This document shows positions 40,187 through 50,868 of a stretch of DNA of 64,000 bases, piece by piece. Both the position numbers and the translations under genes were made by a program. This DNA comes from Obrimoposthia wandeli (Eukaryota): assembly GCA_977020255.1 (NCBI GenBank), contig CDROCS010000122.1, positions 124,001 through 188,000 of the forward strand, given 5' to 3'. Position 1 is the stretch's first letter. Every line of letters begins with the position of its first letter. Under the pieces are notes generated by a model. It was not told the DNA's origin. It did no database searches and saw only the letters and a list, made by a program, of their open reading frames with translations.

Positions 40187-41509
40187 TTACCCACCAAGGG
40201 TCGAACGCAGCATATTCACACACATTGCATACGGAACGACTTCTTTCATTTCTTGCTGTAAGTACGCATCTAATTTTGGCTTAAAACTGAATGCCTGATC
40301 GATATTAGGGTCGGTGCCCGGCTTATAAGCACCAATTGACACCAAATCTTGGTTCTTACGGCAAATAGACAATATTTGTCTTACCGCTTTCGACATCAGC
40401 ATATGCTCATCATCAACAATCGCAGGCATAACACGGCTGACTGAACGCTCAACATCAATCGCAGGATAATGCCCTGCATCTGCCATTTCACGAGACAATA
40501 CTATATGACCATCAAGGATGGCACGAGATGCATCAGCAATAGGATCTTGCAGATCATCACCTTCGGTTAATACGGTAAAAAAGGCGGTAATAGAGCCTTG
40601 ACCTCCAGAACCGTTACCGGCACGTTCAACTAAAGCGGGAAGCTTTGCAAATACAGATGGCGGGTATCCCTTGGTTGCTGGCGGTTCACCGACTGATAAT
40701 GCGATCTCTCGCTGTGCTTGGGCAAAACGGGTCAGTGAATCCATGAGTAACAACACATCTAAGCCTTGATCGCGAAAATACTCCGCTATGGTCAACGCTG
40801 TTTGACAGCCCTTTAAGCGCATTAACGGTGATGTATCCGCTGGTGCCGCAATCACCACCGCACGCTTACGCCCTTCTTCCCCTAGAATTTCATCAATAAA
40901 TTCTTTCACTTCTCGACCACGTTCGCCGATCAGCCCAACAACGACAACCTGAGCTGTGGTTCCTCGGGTCATCATGCCAAGCGTGACAGATTTACCCACA
41001 CCAGAACCTGCAAATAAACCAATTCGCTGCCCTTTACCCACAGAGAGCAAACCATTAATGGCTTTAATGCCGACATCTAGCGGCTCTTTAATCGGTTTAC
41101 GTGAGAGAGGGTTGATCGCGGGGGATGTAAATGAGGCACGTTTTTCAGTAAAAATATCACCCAACCCATCAAGCGGGTTGCCCACGCCATCAATGACGCG
41201 CCCAAGTAATTCAGGGCCAACAGGTAAGCCATTATCATGTAATACAGGGGTCACTTTAGCCCCGGGCATAACACCTAACAATTGTTCACTCGGCATTAAG
41301 AATAGTATTTCACCGGAAAAGCCAACGACTTCGGCTTCTAAATCACCATTCAGGGTTTCAACGATGCATAGGCTACCGACAGGCGCACGACAGCCAATGG
41401 CTTCTAGCGTAAGACCAACAACACGCACAAGTCGCCCAGAAGCAATTGGACGGCACGCAATGCCTTGGGTTTGATATTGAGAAAGACGGCTAGCAAGTGG
41501 AGAAGACAT
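40187..41509 (-). CDS. fliI: Flagellar export ATPase
   Basis: [16 protein letters not shown] and MDSLTRFA. Confidence 0.98.
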   Translation of the reverse strand: MSSPLASRLSQYQTQGIACRPIASGRLVRVVGLTLEAIGCRAPVGSLCIVETLNGDLEAEVVGFSGEILFLMPSEQLLGVMPGAKVTPVLHDNGLPVGPELLGRVIDGVGNPLDGLGDIFTEKRASFTSPAINPLSRKPIKEPLDVGIKAINGLLSVGKGQRIGLFAGSGVGKSVTLGMMTRGTTAQVVVVGLIGERGREVKEFIDEILGEEGRKRAVVIAAPADTSPLMRLKGCQTALTIAEYFRDQGLDVLLLMDSLTRFAQAQREIALSVGEPPATKGYPPSVFAKLPALVERAGNGSGGQGSITAFFTVLTEGDDLQDPIADASRAILDGHIVLSREMADAGHYPAIDVERSVSRVMPAIVDDEHMLMSKAVRQILSICRKNQDLVSIGAYKPGTDPNIDQAFSFKPKLDAYLQQEMKEVVPYAMCVNMLRSTLGG

Positions 41510-42309
41510 TACAGCGCTTCGCCTCGTTGACTGTTTACACCGCTAAATTGTTCTAACAAATGGCGAATACGATCGTCGATATAATAATCGACGGTTGAGT
41601 CACCGGATTGAACTTGTAGATCACCACGATTCAGCGATGGCTCGCCAATCAATGTCCATTTACGTTCAACAAGGTTTTCATCACCGTAGGCTTGGCGAAC
41701 ATTTTCAAGATCATCAGGATGAATACTTAATCGTGTTTTCCGTTCAGCGATCGGCAATGTCGCAACCACTTCACGGATGGTATTCAATATCACTTTCGGG
41801 TTGGTCTGAACTTCAACTCGAATCAGTTCACGCGTTAAGCTCGTCACTAAATGTAGCACTTGGCTTTCCACTTCTGCATCAAGCTGTTTCAGTGGATTTG
41901 CTAACTTCTCAACTAATTGAGTAAGGTGCAACACATGCTCTGTTATTTGTGCCTGCCCTTGCTCTAGCCCTTGAGCTAACCCCTGTTCAATACCTTCAGC
42001 ATGTCCTGCTTCAAGGCCTTCAATTTTACCGACATCGAAGCCTTCCGTGTGACCTGTGGCTTTGCCTTCATTAAAACCTTCATCACTCGCAGACTGACGA
42101 ATATCTTCCAGATCGGCAGCCGTAAGGGGCGGTGGCCCCTGTTCTTCTTCCTCTTCCAACTCTTGTGGTTGCCAACGAGGATCATAGTTTAAGGCGTTAT
42201 CACGTGGTGCTTCTTGTGACTTGCTGTAATCTGGATATGCCCAGCGCTCAAGCTCTTCTGCTTGATGCTCTGATACACGTAAAAAACCACGACGGCGATC
42301 ATCATTCAT
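41509..42309 (-). CDS. fliH: Flagellar assembly protein
   Basis: GxxxG repeats and position between fliG and fliI. Confidence 0.93.
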   Translation of the reverse strand: MNDDRRRGFLRVSEHQAEELERWAYPDYSKSQEAPRDNALNYDPRWQPQELEEEEEQGPPPLTAADLEDIRQSASDEGFNEGKATGHTEGFDVGKIEGLEAGHAEGIEQGLAQGLEQGQAQITEHVLHLTQLVEKLANPLKQLDAEVESQVLHLVTSLTRELIRVEVQTNPKVILNTIREVVATLPIAERKTRLSIHPDDLENVRQAYGDENLVERKWTLIGEPSLNRGDLQVQSGDSTVDYYIDDRIRHLLEQFSGVNSQRGEAL

Positions 42310-42343
42310 AACAAAACCCTGCTATCAATCTGCGAAAAACGGA

Positions 42344-43387
42344 TTATAAGAACTCATCAGCACCGCCGTTACCTGTCAGCATAATTTCACCAGCATCCGC
42401 TAAACGACGAGCAACCGATAGAATTTCTTTTTGTGCCGTTTCTACATCAGCCACACGAATGGGTCCCATGGCTTCCAAATCATCTTGCAGCATTTCAGCC
42501 GCACGTTTAGACATATTACGTAAAATTTTCTCACGCAGCATATCATCAGCACCTTTAAGGGCTTTTTGTAGTAGCTCTTGTGGCACATCACGTAAGATAA
42601 CCTGAATACCACGATCATCCACTTCTGCAAGGTTCTCGAACACGAACATCAGATCTTGAATTTGTGTTGCAGTATCTTCATCATTCTCTCGAATTTGATC
42701 CATCAACATACCTTCAACACTGTTGTCGAGATAGTTCATGATTTCTGCCGCCGCTTTCATACCACCAATCTTCGCCGCTTGCGCGCCCGCTTGACCAGCA
42801 AACTGTTTCTCCATGATGTCATTCAATTCATGTAGAGCGGCTGGTTGTACTTCTTCTAAGTTCGCAATACGCATCATTAGGTCGAGTCGTACACGCTCAG
42901 GAAACTGTGCCAGAATTTCAGCAGATTGCTCTGGTTCTAAATACGATAATACAATGGTTTGGATCTGCGGGTGTTCATTCAAAATGATGCTAGCAACCTG
43001 ACGGGGATCCATCCATTTCAATGAATCTAGACCACGAGAGCCACTGCCCATCAAGATTTGGTCAACCAAGTTGTTGGCTTTATCTTCACCTAACGCAGCA
43101 ATTAAGGTATTACGAACAAAGTCTTCACTGCCCATACCAATGCTGGTGTATTTCTGAATATCTTCAAGAAAATGTCGATGCACTGCCGATACTTTATCTT
43201 GGCTTAAATCTGACATGCTTGCCATCGAACCACCAACCCGTTGTACTTGCTTGGGTTCTAGGTGGCGAATAATACTCGCGGCATCTTGTTCACTTAGGCT
43301 TAATAACAGAATGGCTGCTTTCTCAATACCTGATAGCGAGCTAGCATCAAATTTTTTGTCTTCTGTTGTTGCAACTTCATTAGCCAT
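42344..43387 (-). CDS. fliG: Rotor protein
   Basis: KAAILLLSL, EHPQIQ and MFVFENL. Confidence 0.97.
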   Translation of the reverse strand: MANEVATTEDKKFDASSLSGIEKAAILLLSLSEQDAASIIRHLEPKQVQRVGGSMASMSDLSQDKVSAVHRHFLEDIQKYTSIGMGSEDFVRNTLIAALGEDKANNLVDQILMGSGSRGLDSLKWMDPRQVASIILNEHPQIQTIVLSYLEPEQSAEILAQFPERVRLDLMMRIANLEEVQPAALHELNDIMEKQFAGQAGAQAAKIGGMKAAAEIMNYLDNSVEGMLMDQIRENDEDTATQIQDLMFVFENLAEVDDRGIQVILRDVPQELLQKALKGADDMLREKILRNMSKRAAEMLQDDLEAMGPIRVADVETAQKEILSVARRLADAGEIMLTGNGGADEFL

Positions 43388-45119
43388 CTTCGTTCACCCA
43401 ATTTTTCACAACTTGAGCCGCTAAATCAGGCTCGTTAGCAACCAGTGCTCTGACTGCTTTTAATAAATCTTCATCTTTATGCAAATTAGGTAAATCTATA
43501 TTACTGCTGCTAAGTTCAAAGCCATCAACGCTGTCTAATTCAGAGCCAATAAGATCTATCTCATCACCAGATAATATTGGTAAACCGTTCTGATCTAATG
43601 GTGTACCGTCTGCGGCTTGATTCGGATATAGCAGTTTTTTCATTGCAGGGCGAATCAATACAACCACGATAACAATAATAACCAGAGCAGCAGCTAACCA
43701 ACGCACCCATGTATTGAAATTTGGGTTTTCCCAAATAGGTAACTCAGCAATCAGTTCTTGTGTCGGTAAAGCAAATGGCATCGCGATAACTTCTAACGTA
43801 TCGCCACGGGCCTCAGAGAAACCGACACCGCCCATCAACAAACGACGTAACTTAAGTAACTCTGCTTCGCTTACGGGTACGCGTGTTACTTCACCCGTTT
43901 CAGGATTTGTTACTGATTTATAATCAACCGCGACCGAAACGGTTTGACGGCTCACGGTACCGGTTTGAGCACGTCGATGACTGATTACAGTATCAAGCTC
44001 AAAGTTACGGGTTGCTTCTCGGTGAGATGCACCGTCGCTAGAACCTCGACCCGATTGCATGTCAGCAATATCTTGAGGGATAGATGCATCGGCTGGGGGC
44101 TGATTACTCAAAGCCCCCGGAATACCGGCAACAATATTACCGTTATTGTAATTCTCCACCGTGTATTCACTTCGCGTTGACGGCGTCGATGGATCAAAAC
44201 GTTTGCGGGTTTCTTCTTGTGCACTGAAATCCATCGAGACATCAACTTGCGAGGTATAATTACCAAAACCAAGGATCGGGATTAAAATCGAATCAATTTT
44301 TTCGCGCATCGCTTGTTCTTGCTTACGCTCTAACTCATATTCTTTTCGTTGTGCAGTCGCTGATGCGTCTTCTGTACCAGAGCTCAGTAGACGGCCATGT
44401 TGATCCGTCACCGTAACCCGATTCGGTTTTAAACTTGGTACAGCACTCGCTACCATATCAACAATTGAATCAACTTCTGGCTGCTTCAAAGAACTATTGG
44501 TACCTAACGTTAAAAAGACCGTGGCTGATGCATCTTGGTTATGACGAACAAAAACACTTTGCTTAGGCATCGCCAATAGCACCTGCGCTTTACGTACTTG
44601 ACGAATTTGTTCAATAGCACGCGCAAGTTGTCGCTCTCGACTTAATTTTAGCCGTTCGCCTTCTAAGCGTTGAGAAACACCAAACCCCATATCTTGTAGT
44701 AAGATTTCATCGCCTTCGGAAACGGCGTTGTTCAAGCCTGCGCGGGTGAGCCCTAATTGAATCGAAGAAAAATCATCTGCAGGTACGCGAACAGTATTGC
44801 CATCTAATTCGTACTTAATTTTCGTTTGATCGAAATGGTCAAGAATTGTAATCAGTTCGGCCGTGTCATAAGTACCCAAAGGACGCATTTCGGGTTCTTT
44901 AATCCACATCACCATCATCACGATTAACGCTACGCAAATAGAGACCGACAGCACAAGAATAACCTGACGTAATAAGTCTAGGTTTCCGAGTACACTATCG
45001 ACGCGTGTGGCACTTTGTTCTTCTGCATCAGGATTCTGCAATTCAAGATCATTGTCTGTGATCATTTGAGTTGATGCATCATTGCCTGCAACAGCTAATT
45101 CGCGGTTTTGTTCCGACAC
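43380..45119 (-). CDS. fliF: MS-ring protein
   Basis: Two TM segments, RERQLARAI and AQVLLAMPK. Confidence 0.97.
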   Translation of the reverse strand: MSEQNRELAVAGNDASTQMITDNDLELQNPDAEEQSATRVDSVLGNLDLLRQVILVLSVSICVALIVMMVMWIKEPEMRPLGTYDTAELITILDHFDQTKIKYELDGNTVRVPADDFSSIQLGLTRAGLNNAVSEGDEILLQDMGFGVSQRLEGERLKLSRERQLARAIEQIRQVRKAQVLLAMPKQSVFVRHNQDASATVFLTLGTNSSLKQPEVDSIVDMVASAVPSLKPNRVTVTDQHGRLLSSGTEDASATAQRKEYELERKQEQAMREKIDSILIPILGFGNYTSQVDVSMDFSAQEETRKRFDPSTPSTRSEYTVENYNNGNIVAGIPGALSNQPPADASIPQDIADMQSGRGSSDGASHREATRNFELDTVISHRRAQTGTVSRQTVSVAVDYKSVTNPETGEVTRVPVSEAELLKLRRLLMGGVGFSEARGDTLEVIAMPFALPTQELIAELPIWENPNFNTWVRWLAAALVIIVIVVVLIRPAMKKLLYPNQAADGTPLDQNGLPILSGDEIDLIGSELDSVDGFELSSSNIDLPNLHKDEDLLKAVRALVANEPDLAAQVVKNWVNEDG

Positions 45120-45135
45120 TAACTAACTTCCTGCA

Positions 45136-45447
45136 TTATACGGGCATATTCATTAATTCTTTGTACGCTTCAACCATCTTGTTGCGTACCTGTACCGTCG
45201 CTTCAAAAGCCACGCTCGACTTATTACGGGCAATCATGACATCAGATAACGACACACTGTGATCGCCTTGATCAAAGCGGGTACTTAAATCGCTCGACTG
45301 ACCTTGTAGCTGATTCACAGATTTAACAGCATCATTAAACAAAGCACCGAAATCGGCACTGACTTGCTGCCCAGTTGCTGGACGAGACGTATTTTTAGCC
45401 TCTAAGCCCAGCGCTTGCATCTCTGCTTGTAGTCCATTAACGTTCAT
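45136..45447 (-). CDS. fliE: Hook-basal body protein
   Basis: VQVRNKMVEAYKELMNMPV. Confidence 0.97.
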   Translation of the reverse strand: MNVNGLQAEMQALGLEAKNTSRPATGQQVSADFGALFNDAVKSVNQLQGQSSDLSTRFDQGDHSVSLSDVMIARNKSSVAFEATVQVRNKMVEAYKELMNMPV

Positions 45448-45462
45448 TCTATTCCTCGCAAA

Positions 45463-45476
45463 GTCAGCGTGTTGAC
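45463..45476. promoter_or_regulatory. Putative FlrA box in the fliE leader
   Basis: GTCA-GCGTGT-TGAC between the promoter and the start codon. Confidence 0.45.
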
Positions 45477-45512
45477 GTTTTTATCGATTATCACCGCTTA
45501 AGCCTTAATACT

Positions 45513-45527
45513 GCAAGCTTAACGCCC
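45513..45527 (-). promoter_or_regulatory. sigma54 promoter of fliE
   Basis: Minus strand GGGCGT-TAAGC-TTGC. Confidence 0.6.
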
Positions 45528-45568
45528 GTTTTAAACAGTAATCGCATTAAGTGGTCATTATTTATTAA

Positions 45569-46972
45569 TCAGAGTGGGATCTCTATTCCGGCATCGCGCA
45601 TTTTAGCTAATTTATAGCGTAAGGTTCGCGGACTGATTCCTAGCTGTTCAGCAACATCTTTTCGACGTCCTTCGCACGCTTTTATGGTGTCGATAATAAT
45701 AATAAATTCTTGTTCGCGTAGCTCACTGCCGAGTCCATCACGTGCAGGTGCCGTTTGTAATGGTTCAATGTTGGGTACAACAGATTTACTGCCTGTATTT
45801 AATTCTGACTGAACGGCATTTTGTAAACCAATAGCATCTAGCCAATCTAGGCCTTCCAGTAAAATATGCTCACTTTCAATGCTACGGCTATCACATAAAA
45901 TGAGTGCACGTTGAATAACATTATCAAGCTCTCTTACATTACCTGGCCAATCATATTGCTGTAATTTCACTTCTGCATTCACACTGATTACTGGTACGGG
46001 TAACCCTTGTTTCATGCAATGGCGTTCTACAAAAAATCGCGCTAACGGAGTGATATCACCTTTACGCTCAGACAATGCAGGCCAGACTAATGGAAATACA
46101 TTTAAGCGGTAATACAGATCTTCTCGGAAGTGCCCTTGTGCAACATATTGCTTGAGATCGCGATTACTGGTTGCAAGCACTCGAACATTCAACTTAATGC
46201 TTTTTCGGCTACCCAGACGTTCAACTTCCCGCTCTTGCAATATGCGTAATAATTTGGCTTGTAGGCTCAGTTCCATTTCACTGATTTCATCCAGTAAAAT
46301 TGTCCCGCCTTGTGCTTGTTCAAACTTCCCTGGACAAGCTTGAATAGCGCCAGTAAAAGCCCCTTTTTCATAACCAAATAATGTTGCTTCCAGCATGTTA
46401 TCTGGAATTGCCGCGCAGTTAATGGCAACAAAAGGCCCATCACTACGGGTAGAGTGATCATGTATATAACGTGACATGACTTCTTTACCAGAACCGCTAG
46501 GTCCAAGCACCATAACATTGGCATCGGTTTTGGCGACTTTCTCAGCTAAAGCGAGTAATTTTAGACTTTTATCATCAGCAACAATAGCTTGGCTTGAGAC
46601 GCAGCGAGCAGGTGCATAACGGCTCACCATATTCAGTAACACTTCAGGTGCAAATGGCTTCGCCATATAATCAATGGCACCTTCTTTCATGGCAGAGACT
46701 GCATCTTCAATATTCGCGTAGGCCGTCATCAACAAAACCGGCGTTTTAGGCCAATTTTGCTTAATATTACGTAATAAACCTAATCCGTCCATGCCTGCCA
46801 TTTGTACATCTGAAACCACAATATCGACGGGTTCTGATTTTAAAATAAGCAATGCTTTCTCGGCACTATCAGCTTCTAACCATTGGTAACCCGCTAATGC
46901 TAATGTATCAACTAATGCTTCACGAAGACCTTTGTCATCCTCGACTACTAATACGCGGCTTTGATTCATCAA
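45569..46972 (-). CDS. flrC: sigma54-dependent response regulator
   Basis: REC domain, AAA+ (GPSGSGKE, GAFTGA) and HTH; follows flrB. Confidence 0.95.
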   Translation of the reverse strand: MMNQSRVLVVEDDKGLREALVDTLALAGYQWLEADSAEKALLILKSEPVDIVVSDVQMAGMDGLGLLRNIKQNWPKTPVLLMTAYANIEDAVSAMKEGAIDYMAKPFAPEVLLNMVSRYAPARCVSSQAIVADDKSLKLLALAEKVAKTDANVMVLGPSGSGKEVMSRYIHDHSTRSDGPFVAINCAAIPDNMLEATLFGYEKGAFTGAIQACPGKFEQAQGGTILLDEISEMELSLQAKLLRILQEREVERLGSRKSIKLNVRVLATSNRDLKQYVAQGHFREDLYYRLNVFPLVWPALSERKGDITPLARFFVERHCMKQGLPVPVISVNAEVKLQQYDWPGNVRELDNVIQRALILCDSRSIESEHILLEGLDWLDAIGLQNAVQSELNTGSKSVVPNIEPLQTAPARDGLGSELREQEFIIIIDTIKACEGRRKDVAEQLGISPRTLRYKLAKMRDAGIEIPL

Positions 46973-47014
46973 AATTCCCTTATCGCTTATTTTTATTATT
47001 CATTGTGATCTCGC

Positions 47015-48094
47015 TTAACGGCTTTCAGTACTCGCTTCTGTTGCTAGCGGCATTTGATCTTGTGCTAAAGGCATTTGATCTTGCGCGAAAGGCATCGTGA
47101 TACTAAAGCAAGCTCCTTGCCCTAGTTCAGAGACCAATGACAGTTTACCGTCGTGTGCATTCGCAACCATTTGGACAACCGCTAGGCCAAGCCCAGTACC
47201 TTGTTGTCGTGTGGTATAAAAGGGTTCTAAAATTTTCGCCTGCATATCTGACGCAATGCCGGGGCCATTATCTGAAACGGATAAACATATATTGTCACCT
47301 TGCACTTCACAGGTGATGGCAATTTTACAGGTTACCTCAACATACTCTGACATTTGAATAGCATTTGTGATCAAGTTACTCAGTGCGCTAGCCAGTGCAT
47401 TTTCGTTGCCTAAGATCATCACACTTTCATTATCACAATCAATGCTGAAATCAATCTTGTTTGTCAGAACTTGCGCTTCGACCATGCATTCTAATTCATT
47501 GAGTAAACTTTCGATGCTAAAGCGACTGATAACTTTGTTATCGCCCCCTTTGGCGAACAACAACATATCATTGACTTGTTTTTCCAAGTCATGCAATCGA
47601 TCAACCAACTTGGTTTGAAAACGTTCACGGGTTTGGGTGTTCAAATTCGGCGTCGACAAATTAGCGGCATATAACATAGCACTAGATAATGGTGTTCTAA
47701 CTTGGTGCGCTAACGATGCAACCATTTTTCCTAACGATGATAAACGTTGCATCTCACTAATACGTGATTGCAAAAGACGGGTTTCAGTCATATCGGTAAT
47801 AAAAATCAATTGCCCAGTATCAGAAGCAGAAATAGCTAACTTTACTTTACGCCCACTGCGTAATGATACTTCATGACCATCGTCGTCTTGCGGCGCAAAA
47901 GCACGCTGAATAACCGCAAACCATCGCTCACCTTCTAACGGTGTACCCAATAAACGGTATGCCTCAGGATTGGCTTCGCAGACACACCCCATAGGATCAA
48001 GCAAAATCACACCTGAAGGCATAACTTCCACTACTTGTTTATAACGACTGACTTGTTGGCTCAGCGTTCCCAACGGGGATTCTATCTCGTCCAT
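47015..48094 (-). CDS. flrB: Cytoplasmic PAS sensor histidine kinase
   Basis: PAS domain, H-box LAHQVRTPL and G-boxes GTGLGLA. Confidence 0.93.
   Translation of the reverse strand: MDEIESPLGTLSQQVSRYKQVVEVMPSGVILLDPMGCVCEANPEAYRLLGTPLEGERWFAVIQRAFAPQDDDGHEVSLRSGRKVKLAISASDTGQLIFITDMTETRLLQSRISEMQRLSSLGKMVASLAHQVRTPLSSAMLYAANLSTPNLNTQTRERFQTKLVDRLHDLEKQVNDMLLFAKGGDNKVISRFSIESLLNELECMVEAQVLTNKIDFSIDCDNESVMILGNENALASALSNLITNAIQMSEYVEVTCKIAITCEVQGDNICLSVSDNGPGIASDMQAKILEPFYTTRQQGTGLGLAVVQMVANAHDGKLSLVSELGQGACFSITMPFAQDQMPLAQDQMPLATEASTESR
47049..47090. repeat. 21 bp in-frame duplication at the flrB C-terminus
   Basis: Protein ...FAQDQMPLAQDQMPLA... Confidence 0.85.
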
Positions 48095-48130
48095 TTCACA
48101 CCGAATAATAGCGCATAAAAGCCATATAAA

Positions 48131-48145
48131 GCATTTTTCATGCCA
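48131..48145 (-). promoter_or_regulatory. sigma54 promoter of flrBC
   Basis: Minus strand TGGCAT-GAAAA-ATGC. Confidence 0.7.
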
Positions 48146-48198
48146 AAATATAATAAATAATATCAGTTAGTTACAAAGTAATAAGTATAAAACGCAAA

Positions 48199-48212
48199 GT
48201 CAAAAAAATGAC
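48199..48212. promoter_or_regulatory. Putative FlrA box upstream of flrB
   Basis: GTCA-AAAAAA-TGAC; the exact reverse complement of the flhA box. Confidence 0.55.
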
Positions 48213-48272
48213 ACTGATAAAAACAAACAGTCAAAATGTATGCACGAAAGCGATTATTAGAATAATCAATAC

Positions 48273-48310
48273 ACAAACAGCCCTTATTTTTCCAAATAAG
48301 GGCTGTTTGT
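48273..48310 (-). terminator. Hairpin/terminator after flrA
   Basis: 17 bp perfect stem ACAAACAGCCCTTATTT/AAATAAGGGCTGTTTGT. Confidence 0.7.
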
Positions 48311-48333
48311 AATATATCAAAGCGGTGTCGGTA

Positions 48334-49791
48334 TTAACGAATATCTTCTTTGTTCAACCCGTATTTTCGCATTTTTTCAACCAAGGTGGTACGGCGCATG
48401 CCCAGCATATCAGCGGCACGAGCAACCACCCCCGCTTGTGCTTCTAGTGCTTGACGAATCATTTCCACTTCTAGCTCGGCTAACATCTCTTTTAGATTTA
48501 AGCCTTCAGGTGGTAAATCATTCAAACCTGCCGGATCCTCTTCTTCAACATAGGTAGAAGCAAACATATCAGCCAATGCAGATTGTTCTTGCTCTTCTGT
48601 TGATAAGAAGTTGTCTTCCGGTTGAAAATCAGGAATATGGCTATAGCGATATTTCATCGGTAAATGGTTCACATCAACCATTTCACCAGGATAAAGAATG
48701 ATCAAACGCTCAACCAAATTAGCTAATTCACGAACATTACCCGCCCATTCATGCTCCATCAGTGATGTAATCGCACGAGGAGTGAAATGAATAAGTTTCG
48801 CGCCTTCAGCTTCCATTCTTGCTAATAATTCTTGAAGCAATAATGGAATGTCTTCAATGCGCTCACGCAATGCTGGCATTTCGATTGGGAATACATTCAA
48901 GCGATAGTAAAGATCTTCGCGGAATGTATTGTCAGCAATCATTTCATCAAGGTTACGATGCGTTGCCGCAACAATACGTACATTGACTTTGATTGTCTTA
49001 TTACCACCAACACGCTCAAAACTACGTTCTTGTAAAACGCGTAATAATTTAACTTGCATTGACATCGGCATATCACCGATTTCATCAAGAAATAATGTGC
49101 CACCATCAGCTAATTCAAAACGCCCTTTACGGGATGAAATAGCGCCCGTAAATGCGCCCTTCTCATGACCAAAAAGCTCACTTTCCAATAAATCAGGAGG
49201 AATTGCACCGCAGTTAACCGGCACAAAAGGCCCTTTACCACGCGAAGAATGATAATGAATATTACGTGCGACAACCTCTTTACCAGTGCCTGACTCACCA
49301 AGAATCAACACACTCGCATCAGTTGATGCTACTTGCTCAATTAATCGTCGAACTTGGCTAATGCTATCACTGCGACCCACCATACTTCGGAATAACGTAT
49401 TTTTTCTTCCTAGCTGTGGAATATGCAATGTCTGTTTACCAAGAAACTCCTGACAATGACGAAGTGCATCAGTTAACTGACTGTAATTAAGAGGCAGTGA
49501 TAACTCCCCTACATAATTAGGTAAACCCGCTAATTCATGATCATGGTTTGATAGTGCGATCACTGGAATATGATTATGAATGCGTAAAAAATCGAGAATT
49601 TTATTCAGTGATTTACCAGAGTTTATTTTCCCCAACAGACAGGCACCCCAAGCCTTCTCCCAAAGAGAGCTATCAACTTCATTTGTTGAAACGGCTTCAT
49701 GCTGTTCACCAACAAAATTAAGAATGACACTTAAGTCATGACGATGCTGCAGATCGTCATCAATAACGAGGGTCTTTGCTAAACCTTGCAT
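48334..49791 (-). CDS. flrA: Flagellar master regulator (FleQ/FlaK family)
   Basis: Degenerate FleQ N-domain, [14 protein letters not shown] and C-terminal [15 protein letters not shown]. Confidence 0.96.
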   Translation of the reverse strand: MQGLAKTLVIDDDLQHRHDLSVILNFVGEQHEAVSTNEVDSSLWEKAWGACLLGKINSGKSLNKILDFLRIHNHIPVIALSNHDHELAGLPNYVGELSLPLNYSQLTDALRHCQEFLGKQTLHIPQLGRKNTLFRSMVGRSDSISQVRRLIEQVASTDASVLILGESGTGKEVVARNIHYHSSRGKGPFVPVNCGAIPPDLLESELFGHEKGAFTGAISSRKGRFELADGGTLFLDEIGDMPMSMQVKLLRVLQERSFERVGGNKTIKVNVRIVAATHRNLDEMIADNTFREDLYYRLNVFPIEMPALRERIEDIPLLLQELLARMEAEGAKLIHFTPRAITSLMEHEWAGNVRELANLVERLIILYPGEMVDVNHLPMKYRYSHIPDFQPEDNFLSTEEQEQSALADMFASTYVEEEDPAGLNDLPPEGLNLKEMLAELEVEMIRQALEAQAGVVARAADMLGMRRTTLVEKMRKYGLNKEDIR

Positions 49792-50126
49792 AATATTGAT
49801 ATTGCCTGCCTTTAAGATAATTTTCTATTTTGTGGCGTATTCGAGAGGAACAGCAACCAGAGGTATGCTGCTATTGTAATAAATGCACAGCATAAGGCAA
49901 CCAAAGACAGACAAAACCTGTGATACCAGTACAAGGTAAAATGAAAATAGAGGCAAAAATTAGTAAAAAACAATCAAAAAAACATGTTCTTAACGTGAAC
50001 AATAAATATATCTGATTAAATTTTGCATTTATTTCTGCATATAATAATCAAATTCTTTATTTTTAAATGAAAACGATTATCTCTCGCTACACACCAGAGA
50101 TAATCGAAACAATTCTTTCACTACAT

Positions 50127-50531
50127 TTAAAACTGAGTAATGTTATGAAATTCAGTCGGAATTTGCTCCCAAGCTGATTTAATCTCACGCAACATATGAA
50201 TGACGTCATCTATTGGCTCAGAGATGTTTTCTTGGTTTGCTTTATAGGTTTGCTGAATCATAAATTCGTATAATGCATCAAGATTCGTTGCAATATCGCC
50301 GCCATCTTCCATTGATAAGCTACTGCGTAAACAAATAATGATGTCTAGCGCTTTCCCTAAACGTTCGCCTTTAACAGCAATGTTGCCTTGCTCCATTGAC
50401 GCTTTACCTTGAATAAGGCGTTCGATTGCACCTGCCATTAGCATCTGAATCACACGGTGTGGTGATGCTGATGTTAGCTGACTATCAACAGAGACTCGTT
50501 TATAAGCCTGTAGAGATCCTCTCATTGCCAT
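50127..50531 (-). CDS. fliS: Flagellin export chaperone
   Basis: ASPHRVIQMLMAGA and IATNLDALYEF. Confidence 0.96.
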   Translation of the reverse strand: MAMRGSLQAYKRVSVDSQLTSASPHRVIQMLMAGAIERLIQGKASMEQGNIAVKGERLGKALDIIICLRSSLSMEDGGDIATNLDALYEFMIQQTYKANQENISEPIDDVIHMLREIKSAWEQIPTEFHNITQF

Positions 50532-50540
50532 ATTATTACC

Positions 50541-50840
50541 TTACCGAAATTTATTATAAGCCTGCATCGAGCGTTGCCCGTGCTGAAACCGTTGTAATTG
50601 ACCTGCCGAGTTATCTCTATGATGACGAATTCGAGCAAGCAAACTCGACGTTCGCTCAACTGCGACCTGCCACTCATCTTTTTTTAGGCGTTCAGGCTCA
50701 GCCATCAGCTTTTGTAAAAGAGATTCACGTTGCTGTAATAACTGTTGCAACTTATCAGAAGCAACGTCACCTTCAACCGCTAAAATTGCCTCCAGTTCAT
50801 TGTCTAACTGGCTTAAACGTTGCATAAAGACTCTCTTCAA
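50541..50840 (-). CDS. FlaI/FliT-like flagellar protein
   Basis: 99 aa helical protein with LLQQRESLL and YNKFR; lies between fliD and fliS. Confidence 0.75.
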   Translation of the reverse strand: MKRVFMQRLSQLDNELEAILAVEGDVASDKLQQLLQQRESLLQKLMAEPERLKKDEWQVAVERTSSLLARIRHHRDNSAGQLQRFQHGQRSMQAYNKFR

Positions 50841-50868
50841 TCACACTTATTAATTATGCCAATTAGTA

